From IMG/VR virus record IMGVR_UViG_3300002098_000018: a stretch of DNA of 35,397 nucleotides; one strand, given 5' to 3'. The notes below the pieces were generated by a model. It worked only from the letters and a program-made list of their open reading frames with translations. It had not been told where the DNA came from and searched no databases. Position numbers and translations under genes: made by a program. This DNA comes from a virus. Below, in pieces: positions 15,690 through 25,135 of this stretch (the stretch's first letter is position 1; each line of letters opens with the position of its first letter).

Positions 15690-18064
15690 TGTTTCCTGTT
15701 TTATCAGCTAATGGGCCATCTGGTTACACTATTGCCAACTCTTTGCGCTTTCAAGCTGCAAGCAGTCAATATGCAAATCGTACATTTACTACACCAACAA
15801 ATAATAAAATTTGGACTTGGGCTGGCTGGGTTAAAAGAGGAACATTAACTGCCTACCAAACTTTATTATCTGCTGGCGCTCCATCAGTAGGTAACGCATT
15901 TAGATTATGGTTTGATTCAAGCGATAGACTTGGTCTTGATTTATATGGTAATGGCGGCCCATTTACAACCGCCGTTTATCGTGATCCATCTGCTTGGTAT
16001 CATGTTGTTGTTTCTTTGGATACTACACAAACAGCAGCTAACATATTAAAGATATATATAAATAACGTATTACAAGCAACAACTAATATTGGATATACAC
16101 TTGTTCAAAATACAAACTATGCAATTAATTCTGCTCAAGCTCATAACATTGGTAGAGATATATCATTATCTAATAATTACTTTGATGGTTATATTGCCGA
16201 GCAATATTTTATTGACGGTCAAGCCTTAACTCCATCATCATTCGGCTCTACAGACGCTACATCTGGTCAATGGGTAGCTGCTAAATATACAGGCACATAT
16301 GGCACTAATGGCTTCTATCTACCATTCTCTAACGGCACATCTACTACAACGCTAGGTGCTGATTCAAGTGGTAACAGTAACAACTGGACATTGACTAACT
16401 TTACACGCTCTGCTGGTGTATCTGATTGCTGGATGTATGATGTACCTAGTGGCAATGGTGGTGCAAGTGGTACACAGCCTAATAGTAACTATTGTGTAAT
16501 GAATCCAGTTAAGAAAAATTCTGCTGTTTCAATTACAAACGCCAACTTAAATGTAGCTGGAAGTAACGCATATCCTTCATTTGGCTCTATTGCCATGGAT
16601 GAAACCAATGGATATTACGCTGAATTTTATGTTGTTAGTGTTGATGGTGGTATTGGACCAGTATTAGGAGTTGTTGATTTATCAATAAATGAAAATACAT
16701 TAGCAGACATTGGCTCTACTAAAGGCGTTCAAATAGGTGCTACAGGTACAGTAAGAAAAGATGGAACTACAGGATTAACAGGTCTTGGAACTTATGGTGC
16801 TGGCTCTATTGTAATGATTGCTTATCAAGCAGGCAAAGTATGGGCTGGGGTAAATGGAACTTGGTGGAACTCTGGTAATCCTGCTGCTGGAACTGGAAAC
16901 ATATCTACCACATCAACTCCTATTAGTGGATATACATACGGCTCTAATGCTTACAATTCTGCACAAATGATTGCTAACTTCGGTCAACGCTCATTTGCTT
17001 ACACTCCACCTACAGGCTACAAAGCACTATGTACCGCTAACTTACCCGTAGCTACTATTAAGCAGGGTAATAAGTATATGGATGCAACGCTATATACAGG
17101 TAACGGTACAGGCCAAAGTGTAACTAATGCTGCAACATTTAAACCAGATTTGGTATGGGCAAAAAGCAGAAGCTCTGGATCGCAATGGAATATATTAGTA
17201 GATAGTGTAAGAGGCGCTGGTACCGTATTATTTTCAAACAGCTCCGCTGCCGATCAATCTTATCCAACTTCTATTACTGCATTTAATTCTAATGGATTTA
17301 CTGTAGGGGTTGATGTTACTGGGGGATGGAATGTTAGCGGAAGCACTATGGTTGGCTGGCAATGGCAAGCAGGACAAGGTTCAACATCATCTAATACTAA
17401 CGGCTCTATCACTTCTACTACATCTGTAAATGCTACAGCAGGATTTAGTATAGTGACTTATAGCACTACTGGTGCTGGAACTGTTGGTCATGGTTTAGGT
17501 GTTGCTCCTAAAATGATTATTCGCAAATGTAGAAATTTTGCCGATGATTGGCAGGTATATCATGCAAGTTTGCCAAGTGCCGCTTATTATTTATCTTTAG
17601 ATTTAAGTAACGCTCAAACTAGCAACAGCACAATTTGGAATAGCACGGCACCAACATCATCTGTATTTAGCGTAGGCTCTAGCGTTGGTACTGCAAATTA
17701 CGTTTCATATTGTTTTGCTGAAATAGCTGGCTTTAGCAAGTTTGGTTCTTATGTTGCTAATGGTTCTACAGACGGCCCATTTTGTTACACAGGATTCCAA
17801 CCTAAATTCTTGTTGTTAAAAGGTTCAACATCTGCTGGTGGTACAGGTTGGTATATTTTAGATTCAGCAAGAAATACATACGATGTATTGGGAAATTACT
17901 TATCTCCTAATAACTCAAATGCAGAATCAAGTTTGGCTATTGTTGACTTCTTATCTAATGGATTTAAATTAAGAACAACAAACAGCGAATTTAACGCTTC
18001 AGGTCAAACGTGGATATATGCCGCCTTTGCAACCAATCCGTTCCAAAATAGCAACGCATTTTAA
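15689..18064 (+). CDS. Second tail fibre / receptor-binding protein with an N-terminal LamG/ConA-like domain (791 aa)
   Basis: SLRFQAASSQYANRTF...WTWAGWVKR...AWYHVVVSLD...KIYINN fits a LamG jelly-roll pattern. TAATG overlap with the upstream fibre gene. Confidence 0.6.
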   Translation: MFPVLSANGPSGYTIANSLRFQAASSQYANRTFTTPTNNKIWTWAGWVKRGTLTAYQTLLSAGAPSVGNAFRLWFDSSDRLGLDLYGNGGPFTTAVYRDPSAWYHVVVSLDTTQTAANILKIYINNVLQATTNIGYTLVQNTNYAINSAQAHNIGRDISLSNNYFDGYIAEQYFIDGQALTPSSFGSTDATSGQWVAAKYTGTYGTNGFYLPFSNGTSTTTLGADSSGNSNNWTLTNFTRSAGVSDCWMYDVPSGNGGASGTQPNSNYCVMNPVKKNSAVSITNANLNVAGSNAYPSFGSIAMDETNGYYAEFYVVSVDGGIGPVLGVVDLSINENTLADIGSTKGVQIGATGTVRKDGTTGLTGLGTYGAGSIVMIAYQAGKVWAGVNGTWWNSGNPAAGTGNISTTSTPISGYTYGSNAYNSAQMIANFGQRSFAYTPPTGYKALCTANLPVATIKQGNKYMDATLYTGNGTGQSVTNAATFKPDLVWAKSRSSGSQWNILVDSVRGAGTVLFSNSSAADQSYPTSITAFNSNGFTVGVDVTGGWNVSGSTMVGWQWQAGQGSTSSNTNGSITSTTSVNATAGFSIVTYSTTGAGTVGHGLGVAPKMIIRKCRNFADDWQVYHASLPSAAYYLSLDLSNAQTSNSTIWNSTAPTSSVFSVGSSVGTANYVSYCFAEIAGFSKFGSYVANGSTDGPFCYTGFQPKFLLLKGSTSAGGTGWYILDSARNTYDVLGNYLSPNNSNAESSLAIVDFLSNGFKLRTTNSEFNASGQTWIYAAFATNPFQNSNAF

Positions 18065-18073
18065 GGAAAAATT

Positions 18074-18616
18074 ATGTTTTATTGCACAACTACAGGCCAA
18101 TACATTCAAGAGGGCCAGGCTTTTGAAATTGATGGAACTCAATATCCAGCAAACTGGTTAAACTTATCTACGCCAGAGGAAAAGGCTGCCATCAATTTAG
18201 TTGATGTCGTTCAAATCAATCAGCCAGCTAATCCTCAATATTACTGGGTACAAGAAAACTTAAACGGTGCGGAATTAAGCTATACAAACACACCTAAAGA
18301 TCTAGTCGATGTAAAAACTAATGCAATCAATCAAATTAATAATGCAGCATATTTATTGTTGCAGCCGACTGATTGGATGGTAGTAAAATCTGTTGAAACA
18401 TCTACAGCAATCCCGAAAGCGTGGAATACCTGGCGGCAATCAGTGCGCAGCTATGCTACTAGCTCAGTTAATGCAATTGAAGCTACAAGCGATGTTGCAG
18501 AAGTTGAAGGAATTATGAGCAACTTGCAATGGCCTAATGATCCAGATCATCCAGCTTATACAGAATCATTAACTCCAGAAGTTACACCAGCTGAGGTAGT
18601 AAATGGCCAAGTATGA
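18074..18616 (+). CDS. DUF4376-type tail fibre assembly/chaperone-like protein
   Basis: LLQPTDWMVVKSVETSTAIPKAWNTWRQSVR resembles the DUF4376 core. Located directly after the fibre genes. Confidence 0.55.
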   Translation: MFYCTTTGQYIQEGQAFEIDGTQYPANWLNLSTPEEKAAINLVDVVQINQPANPQYYWVQENLNGAELSYTNTPKDLVDVKTNAINQINNAAYLLLQPTDWMVVKSVETSTAIPKAWNTWRQSVRSYATSSVNAIEATSDVAEVEGIMSNLQWPNDPDHPAYTESLTPEVTPAEVVNGQV

Positions 18617-18920
18617 TTGGAAAGTATTAGATCTTGAAGCTGACGGTGAACTAATTACAAAGGTTCACTATCATGTATCAGCATCTGACGATCAAAACAC
18701 AGTCGAAACAGAGGGATATTGGGAGTTTACCAATCCTGTGTTAAACATTCCGTTTAAAGATGTGCTGCCGATTGATGTAACACAATGGATAGAAATTGAT
18801 TCAACAAAAGATGGCGTAAATCCTATAAAATTGAGGCTTGATGAGCAGCTAGAAGCGCTAAGTAATATTAAAGCTGTGCAAGCTCCATGGGTTAAAAATA
18901 CGTTTAAACCGAAATTCTAG
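18603..18920 (+). CDS. Hypothetical protein (105 aa)
   Basis: Operon-style overlap with the upstream gene. Confidence 0.5.
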   Translation: MAKYDWKVLDLEADGELITKVHYHVSASDDQNTVETEGYWEFTNPVLNIPFKDVLPIDVTQWIEIDSTKDGVNPIKLRLDEQLEALSNIKAVQAPWVKNTFKPKF

Positions 18921-18928
18921 GAACAATC

Positions 18929-19900
18929 ATGGCAAAACCAATAGACATTATTACTCGCGCACTTAAAGACATCGGAGCACTGGCCGCTGGTGAGGATCCA
19001 ACGGCTGACGCTTCGCAAGATGCGTTCGATATGCTTAATGATATGTTAGATCAATGGTCTAACGAGGACATGATGGTCTATAACTACACGGAAATTATTT
19101 TTCCTGTAGTATCTGGTCAAACACAATATACTATTGGCCCAGGCGGCGATCTTGGATCAAACTTTGTCGGCTCTATTGCCGGCGATATTCTTACCATTAC
19201 AAGCGTAAACTCTGGCTCTATTACACTAAATCAATACATTGATGGTGGCGCAGTATTGCCTGGTACACAAATTGTCAGCTTCTTAACTGGTGCCGGCGGT
19301 GTAATTAATGCGCCTGGTACATATAAATTGAATATTCCACAAACTGTTGCATCGACAACAATTGTTGGTTATTACCAAAAACCGCTAGGCATTAACTCTG
19401 CCTTTGTGCGTATTAATACAAATTCAAACGGCCAGCCTGTTGTTAATGGCGGCCTTGACTATCCTCTATCTATCTTAGGTTTAGATGAATACGAGATGAT
19501 CGGTTTAAAAACATTAAATGGCCCATGGCCAAAAGCGCTTTATTACAATCCAGGCGATGTGCTTGGTAACTTGTTTGTTTGGCCTAATCCATCACAAGGC
19601 GAATTGCATTTATTTACAGATACAATCTTTACTCGCTTCAATACATTGTATGATGAGCTGCGAATTCCGCAAGGTTACTCAATGGCCCTTCGCTGGTGCC
19701 TAGCTGAACGTTTAATGCCAATGTATGGTAAGGCATCACAAACACAAATTGCGATGATTAACGCTTACGCTGCGCAAGCTAAAGCCACAATTAAACGCAC
19801 TAATATGCGGCCAATGCAAGTTTCACGTTATGATGAAGTAATTACATCAAGCCGCAGCAAAGATGCTGGCTGGATCTTGTCTGGGGGGTTCTTTAGATAA
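18929..19900 (+). CDS. P22 gp4-like tail accessory factor / head-to-tail adaptor, carrying an inserted ~65-aa domain
   Basis: [43 protein letters not shown] parallels P22 gp4 (DLVRAALRKLGVAS...[25 protein letters not shown]). At 323 aa it is about twice the size of gp4. Confidence 0.7.
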   Translation: MAKPIDIITRALKDIGALAAGEDPTADASQDAFDMLNDMLDQWSNEDMMVYNYTEIIFPVVSGQTQYTIGPGGDLGSNFVGSIAGDILTITSVNSGSITLNQYIDGGAVLPGTQIVSFLTGAGGVINAPGTYKLNIPQTVASTTIVGYYQKPLGINSAFVRINTNSNGQPVVNGGLDYPLSILGLDEYEMIGLKTLNGPWPKALYYNPGDVLGNLFVWPNPSQGELHLFTDTIFTRFNTLYDELRIPQGYSMALRWCLAERLMPMYGKASQTQIAMINAYAAQAKATIKRTNMRPMQVSRYDEVITSSRSKDAGWILSGGFFR

Positions 19901-21762
19901 TGGCTGATTTTGGATTCGTAGGCCCTAGTTATGAGGCCCCATCAATTTATCAAGACGGCCAAGAATGTATTAACTTCTTTGCCGAGATAGATCCGCTTAA
20001 ACCGCAAGGTTCGCGCGGTGTTGTTGCTTTATATCCAACGCCAGGACTAACAACTAAAGCCATTTTTCCTAATCAGCAATCAGTCCGGGGATTGAGAACT
20101 GTATCTGGTGGTCAGCAGATGGTCGCTGTTTGTGGATCTTATGTTTATTCTTTGACATCTAATCTAGTGCCTACCATTATTGGCCAGCTTAATTCAAGCA
20201 CTGGCCGCGTAGGTATTTCAGATAATGGGATTAACGTTTACATTGTTGACGGTGCAAATCGTTATACATGGAGAATCTCAAGTCCATCATCAGCTGTATT
20301 TGAAGGATCTGTAACCGCTACAACATTAACCGTTACTCGCTTAATTAGCGGCGTGATCGGAATTAATCAATCATTGTTTGGTGTAGGAACGTTGCAGGAA
20401 ACTGTGATCACTGCGCTTGGCACTGGTACTGGTGGCGTTGGTACTTATACCATTAATAGAACACAGACTGTTGCAGCAGGAACTATGAACACTGCAGCGG
20501 TGGCAGCCGTGATCACTGGATCTATGTCTGCAACTACTTTAACTGTTACTGCAGTAACATCCGGCACTTTATATGTGGGCCAAACTATTCAAGGCGCTGG
20601 TATTACTGTTGGCACGATTATTACTGCACTTGGTACAGGCACTGGCGGAACTGGCACTTATACAATTAACAACTCGCAAACTGTTTCAAGCGAAACAATG
20701 TATGGCCTTAATTTTACCGTGATCCCATCAACAGATGGCGCTTTCACTGGCGGCGATACTGTAGACATTGTAGATAACTATTTTGTTTATAATCGCCCTA
20801 GCTCACAACAATGGGCGGCATCTAATCTATTGTCACCTATTACTAACGGCCTTAGTTTTGCGTCTAAAGATGGTGCTCCAGATAATCTAGTATCATTGAT
20901 CGTTGATCATCGAGAAGTATATTTGCTAGGTGAGGCTTCATCAGAGGTTTGGGTAGATGTAGGCGCGTTTCCTTTTCCTTTCCAACGTATTCCAGGAACT
21001 TCAACGCAGCATGGTATTGCAGCTAAATTCTCTATGGCGCGTGTTGGTAACTCATTTTGTTACTTGTCACGCAACAGCCGTGGCCAAGCTCAAATTATGC
21101 AGATGAATGGATATATTCCGCAGCGCGTATCAACCCACGCTGTTGAAAACACTTTAGTTAATCAATACATTGATGATGCAATTGCCTGGACTTATCAATT
21201 AGAGGGCCATGAGATTTATGTTATTAGCTTTCCTACACTAGATCTAACCTGGGCTTACGATACATCAACAACAATGTGGCATAAGTGGTTATGGTCTGAT
21301 AATAACAATACTTATCATCGTCATCGAGGTAATTGTGCAGCACTGTTCCAGGGTAAAGTATTGGTAGGCGATCATTCTAATGGCAAACTATACGAATTAG
21401 ATCCAGACGTTTACACAGATGATGGCCAGATGACGCGCAGGCTTCGCCGTTGTCCGCATATTGTTACAGATTTTCAACGTCAATATTTTGAGGAATTGCA
21501 AATACAATTCCAACCAGGCGTTGGTTTATCTACAGGACAAGGTGATGATCCACAAGCAATGCTACGTTGGTCAAGTGACGGCGGCTCTACCTGGTCTAAT
21601 GAGCACTGGGTAAGTATTGGTGCGCAAGGTAAATATAACAATCGGGCCATCTGGCGCAGATTAGGCTGGGCGCGTGATCGTGTTTATGAGGTAGTAGTAA
21701 CAGATCCTATTAAAGCAGTGATCGTATCTGCAAACCTTAAAGGCAGCGAGGGTGAAAACTAA
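19900..21762 (+). CDS. P22 gp10-like tail hub protein (packaged-DNA stabilisation protein), carrying a tandem inserted domain
   Basis: N-terminus [12 protein letters not shown]...QECINFF and C-terminus [33 protein letters not shown] parallel P22 gp10 (RVLWKRVGRIRRLIGFKLRVITKSPVTLSGCQIRLE). Confidence 0.75.
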   Translation: MADFGFVGPSYEAPSIYQDGQECINFFAEIDPLKPQGSRGVVALYPTPGLTTKAIFPNQQSVRGLRTVSGGQQMVAVCGSYVYSLTSNLVPTIIGQLNSSTGRVGISDNGINVYIVDGANRYTWRISSPSSAVFEGSVTATTLTVTRLISGVIGINQSLFGVGTLQETVITALGTGTGGVGTYTINRTQTVAAGTMNTAAVAAVITGSMSATTLTVTAVTSGTLYVGQTIQGAGITVGTIITALGTGTGGTGTYTINNSQTVSSETMYGLNFTVIPSTDGAFTGGDTVDIVDNYFVYNRPSSQQWAASNLLSPITNGLSFASKDGAPDNLVSLIVDHREVYLLGEASSEVWVDVGAFPFPFQRIPGTSTQHGIAAKFSMARVGNSFCYLSRNSRGQAQIMQMNGYIPQRVSTHAVENTLVNQYIDDAIAWTYQLEGHEIYVISFPTLDLTWAYDTSTTMWHKWLWSDNNNTYHRHRGNCAALFQGKVLVGDHSNGKLYELDPDVYTDDGQMTRRLRRCPHIVTDFQRQYFEELQIQFQPGVGLSTGQGDDPQAMLRWSSDGGSTWSNEHWVSIGAQGKYNNRAIWRRLGWARDRVYEVVVTDPIKAVIVSANLKGSEGEN

Positions 21763-21998
21763 TGGCTAACGGTATTTATGGCTCAAGCCAAACTAACCCA
21801 TATCCACAGTCTGAATTTTTGGATCAAGCTAGTAAAAGGCCAACTAGGGCCTGGCAGCAATTCTTTTTGAATTTGCTAAACTTTAGCAGCGCAACAACAG
21901 CAACAGCTGGCAGCGCTACTTTGCCTGCAAATCCTGTAGGTTTTATTAATGTAACCGTAAATGGCCAACAATATAAGGTGCCCTATTACAATGTCTGA
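21762..21998 (+). CDS. Small hypothetical virion-module protein (78 aa)
   Basis: ATGA-type coupling to the gp10-like gene. C-terminus INVTVNGQQYKVPYYNV. Confidence 0.55.
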   Translation: MANGIYGSSQTNPYPQSEFLDQASKRPTRAWQQFFLNLLNFSSATTATAGSATLPANPVGFINVTVNGQQYKVPYYNV

Positions 21999-22368
21999 TC
22001 GCGCTATTGAATCAATCTACCAATCTGTTAAAGAGCGCTTACATTTAACTTTTGATGAGTTTAAAGAAGCGCTAAAAGACTGGGATTTTGTAGAACTAAC
22101 CGAACAAGATCAATTGATCGGCGCTGTAATGATTAAAGACAATGAGCTGCACGTTGGTTATTCACAAAAGCCAACAGCATCAATTAGAGGTCATATTAAA
22201 AAAACATTGTCGGAATTAATAGAAAAGTATGGTTCGGCGGTAACAAGTGTCACAAAAGGCAACGAAAAAGGGTTAAAATTCTGTAAACGTATTGGCTTTG
22301 AAATTGTTGGTGAGGATCAAGGCAAAATATACATGAAATGTGATAGGTGCAACTATGTTCTCAAATAA
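21991..22368 (+). CDS. Small GNAT-fold-like protein (125 aa); sits at the position of P22 gp26/gp14
   Basis: QLIGAVMIKDNELHVGY... and GLKFCKRIGFEIVGEDQGKIYMK resemble the GNAT beta4 and C-terminal motifs. No clear Q/RxxGxG/A motif. Start moved to the ATG at 21991. Confidence 0.35.
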   Translation: MSDRAIESIYQSVKERLHLTFDEFKEALKDWDFVELTEQDQLIGAVMIKDNELHVGYSQKPTASIRGHIKKTLSELIEKYGSAVTSVTKGNEKGLKFCKRIGFEIVGEDQGKIYMKCDRCNYVLK

Positions 22369-23212
22369 ATTTGGTGTCGGCGTATTAAAACATCCAGGCT
22401 ATAACGATCCTGTATCTGCTGCTATTTCGGTAGGCGGAAGTCTATTAAGTGGCGCAATGGGTGCGGATGCAGCTTCTAGTGCTGCTGATACGCAAGCGGC
22501 AACAGCTCGTGATCAGATGGCTTTGCAAAAGCAAATTTTTGACGTTCAAAATGCACAACAAGCACCATATCGTGCAGCTGGATATAATGCTCTTAATAAA
22601 ATTTCTGAATTTTTGCCTGGTACATATAATCAATATGACGATAACGGCAATATCGTTGGTACTGGTACAGGTTCAGATTATTTAACGCGCCAATTTACTA
22701 ATGCTGATTTAACATCAAATCTTGCGCCAAACTATGCTTGGCAATTAGATCAAGGTCAGCGCGCTAATAATGCAGCTGCAAACGTAGGCGGTGGTGCATT
22801 AAGTGGTAATACACTTAAATCATTACAAGATTACACACAAAATTATGCTGGTGGCGCTTATCAAAACGCATTAACAAACTTTAGCAATCAACGTAAAGAC
22901 ATTTACAATACATTGGCTGGTATTGCTGGTATTGGTCAAACTGCAAACACTGCAAGCAATACACTTGCTACTAATTACGGTACAAACACAGCAAACTTAG
23001 CAACTGGCGCTGCTGCAGCACAAGCTGCTGGTGGTGTTGGTGCCGCTAATGCTTGGAGTGGTGCAATTAATAATGCAACCAATATGTATGGATTAAGTAA
23101 TATTTTAGGCGGCGGTGGATCACCAACGTTTGGCAGCGGAACTATGTCATCTGGCGGCGGTATCTCATTAGCTCCTAATCAAACTCCATCATCTTGGTTA
23201 AGTATTGGATAG
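22355..23212 (+). CDS. Ejection/internal virion protein 1 (Gly/Ala/Asn-rich; positional analog of P22 gp7)
   Basis: ATG at 22355 is preceded by AGGTG (the track start at 22340 is GTG). Low-complexity G/A/N-rich sequence and synteny with P22 7-20-16. Confidence 0.55.
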   Translation: MFSNKFGVGVLKHPGYNDPVSAAISVGGSLLSGAMGADAASSAADTQAATARDQMALQKQIFDVQNAQQAPYRAAGYNALNKISEFLPGTYNQYDDNGNIVGTGTGSDYLTRQFTNADLTSNLAPNYAWQLDQGQRANNAAANVGGGALSGNTLKSLQDYTQNYAGGAYQNALTNFSNQRKDIYNTLAGIAGIGQTANTASNTLATNYGTNTANLATGAAAAQAAGGVGAANAWSGAINNATNMYGLSNILGGGGSPTFGSGTMSSGGGISLAPNQTPSSWLSIG

Positions 23213-23221
23213 GGATAAATC

Positions 23222-25135
23222 ATGGCCGCATTTAACATTGATCCAAACATCTCACTAGGCGTTAAACCGCCTGCAGCTATTGGTATTGGCGATATTATGA
23301 ATATCGCTAGAGGCGCTCAAGCGTATAAGCAAGCGCAGGAAACTAATCCAAACTTAGCTAGAGCCATTGCTGCGCAAGCACAAGAAGCTGAAACTAGCGC
23401 AGAATTAGCTAAACAAACTATGCAGCCTAAAATTCAGCTGCAACAATCTCAAACTGAATTGGCTGGAACGCAATCTCAAAAAGCTAAATTTAATTTTGGC
23501 AATGAGCAAGCTCAAGTTGTTAATGATGAAACCAATGCGTTAATGAATGATCCGCGCATTATGAAAGCTGAAAATACACCAGAAGGCCGTCACGGCGCTT
23601 TATCTGCATTGCTTGAATCTAAAAAACGTGCAATTAAACGTGGCGTTCCAGAGGTATTAGTTGAATCATTAACTGCACCATATATTGCTGCAGCATCAAC
23701 CGATCCAACAACTATTCGTCAAGAGATGTTGAATTCATCTCGAGCTGCATCTGGCGCAACTGCACAAGCAAATCTCAATACTCCGCAACTAACAACCAAT
23801 GCTCGTGGTCAAGCTGTTGTCGCTAATGCTACAACTGGCCAATATGATGTTGTTGGAACTCCAGAAGCTAATCCTCGCAATGCAGCTGGCGAATGGAAAA
23901 CTGACGCACTTGGCCGTCAATATTTTGTACCATATACAAGCACTGGTTTGCCTGGTGCACCACAAGGAATCGGCGAAGCTCCAGCAGAGGCCGCACCAGC
24001 TGCACCAACAGTTATTAGTCGTAATGAAACTGGCGGTGCCAAGGTTGCAGCGGATGTTAATAATCCTGGTGGAATCAAAATTAATGGTAAATTTGCAGAA
24101 TACAAAACACCATCTGCAGGCGTAAGAGCAACACAATCGCTTGTTGGCGAATACTTATCTGGCGAAGGCCCTATGGCTAATGTCAAACCAACAGTAGAAA
24201 ACGTTGTTGGTATGTGGGTAAATGGCAAACCAGAAACAGGTTCTAAAGTAATGGGCGGCGCTTATGTTGCTGCAGTTAAACAAGAACTACAAAATGCTGG
24301 CGTTAAACTTAATGCGGATGGATCTATTCCAGATACGCCTATGGCCGTTGCTGCAGTAACAACAGCTAAAATTAAAATGGAAGCTGGCCCTAATGCGGCT
24401 AAATTCTTAGGTGGTCAACAACCAGCTAAATCAACGTTTGTGCAGCCAACTGAATCACAAACTGCTGAAACCATTAAAGCTAATATCAATACTGGATATA
24501 ATCATTATCAACAATCTGTTGATCAATTAAACAATCCAGATAGCAAAAGCGGACATTTACCAACGCAATTATTTAATAACCAAAATATTCTTAAACTTAT
24601 TAAAGATCCAGAAGTTGATACAGCTCGCATTGCTAATTACTTCTCTGATCCTGTGAAATATAAACTATTGTCAGCTAAAGAACAGGATCTTGCTAAATAT
24701 CTTGAGCAGCGTGTTCAAGGTAAAAATCCAAGCTCTGCAATGGATTTAGAATCTAAACACAAAGCCTACGGCACCACAGCGCTTAAAAAAGAAGCGTTGA
24801 TGGAATTGATCCGTAATGAAACAGGCACGTTGACATCACAAGAACTTCAAGCCAAAGGCCGTATAAGAGCAGCTGGCGATTCATCTAAACCAGATGCTGC
24901 AGCCGTTAATAAATTTGATAATACTTATGCAAATTATGCAAAAGATCCATTGTTAATGAAATATATTGGCATTGTTGGTGAAGGCAAAACAGCGCATCTA
25001 GATAAAAACGATCTAGAGGACATCTCAAAATTATTTGCTCGTTTACCAAAACAAGGCACATCTTACAAAGAAGCTCAAGCGGCGTTGGAATTAAAACGCC
25101 AAGCATTAATTAAGTTAGTTAATGGTGAACAATAA
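23222..25135 (+). CDS. Ejection/internal virion protein 2 (637 aa; positional analog of P22 gp20)
   Basis: Large A/Q-rich protein in the ejection-protein position. Internal NNPGGIKINGKFAEY block. Confidence 0.5.
   Translation: MAAFNIDPNISLGVKPPAAIGIGDIMNIARGAQAYKQAQETNPNLARAIAAQAQEAETSAELAKQTMQPKIQLQQSQTELAGTQSQKAKFNFGNEQAQVVNDETNALMNDPRIMKAENTPEGRHGALSALLESKKRAIKRGVPEVLVESLTAPYIAAASTDPTTIRQEMLNSSRAASGATAQANLNTPQLTTNARGQAVVANATTGQYDVVGTPEANPRNAAGEWKTDALGRQYFVPYTSTGLPGAPQGIGEAPAEAAPAAPTVISRNETGGAKVAADVNNPGGIKINGKFAEYKTPSAGVRATQSLVGEYLSGEGPMANVKPTVENVVGMWVNGKPETGSKVMGGAYVAAVKQELQNAGVKLNADGSIPDTPMAVAAVTTAKIKMEAGPNAAKFLGGQQPAKSTFVQPTESQTAETIKANINTGYNHYQQSVDQLNNPDSKSGHLPTQLFNNQNILKLIKDPEVDTARIANYFSDPVKYKLLSAKEQDLAKYLEQRVQGKNPSSAMDLESKHKAYGTTALKKEALMELIRNETGTLTSQELQAKGRIRAAGDSSKPDAAAVNKFDNTYANYAKDPLLMKYIGIVGEGKTAHLDKNDLEDISKLFARLPKQGTSYKEAQAALELKRQALIKLVNGEQ

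Noticed and set aside
13215-18064. Diversity-generating retroelement or variable repeat in the fibre genes
   Set aside because: No reverse transcriptase ORF was recognised. I saw no template/variable repeat pair with adenine-specific differences. The internal repeats are ordinary fibre repeats.
22449-22685. Alternative-frame ORFs in other late genes: 22449..22685 (ejection gene 1), 19518..19703 (gp4-like) and 25922..26119 (ejection gene 3)
   Set aside because: They are embedded alternative frames within long, well-supported late genes, with no RBS or coupling signals.
23789-24228. Three overlapping ORFs (23789..24136 minus, 23799..24125 plus, 23917..24228 minus) inside the second ejection-protein gene
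   Set aside because: They sit in an Ala/Gln-rich, stop-poor region of a 637-aa gene with good operon context. They are alternative frames with skewed Cys/Leu/Ser-rich composition.
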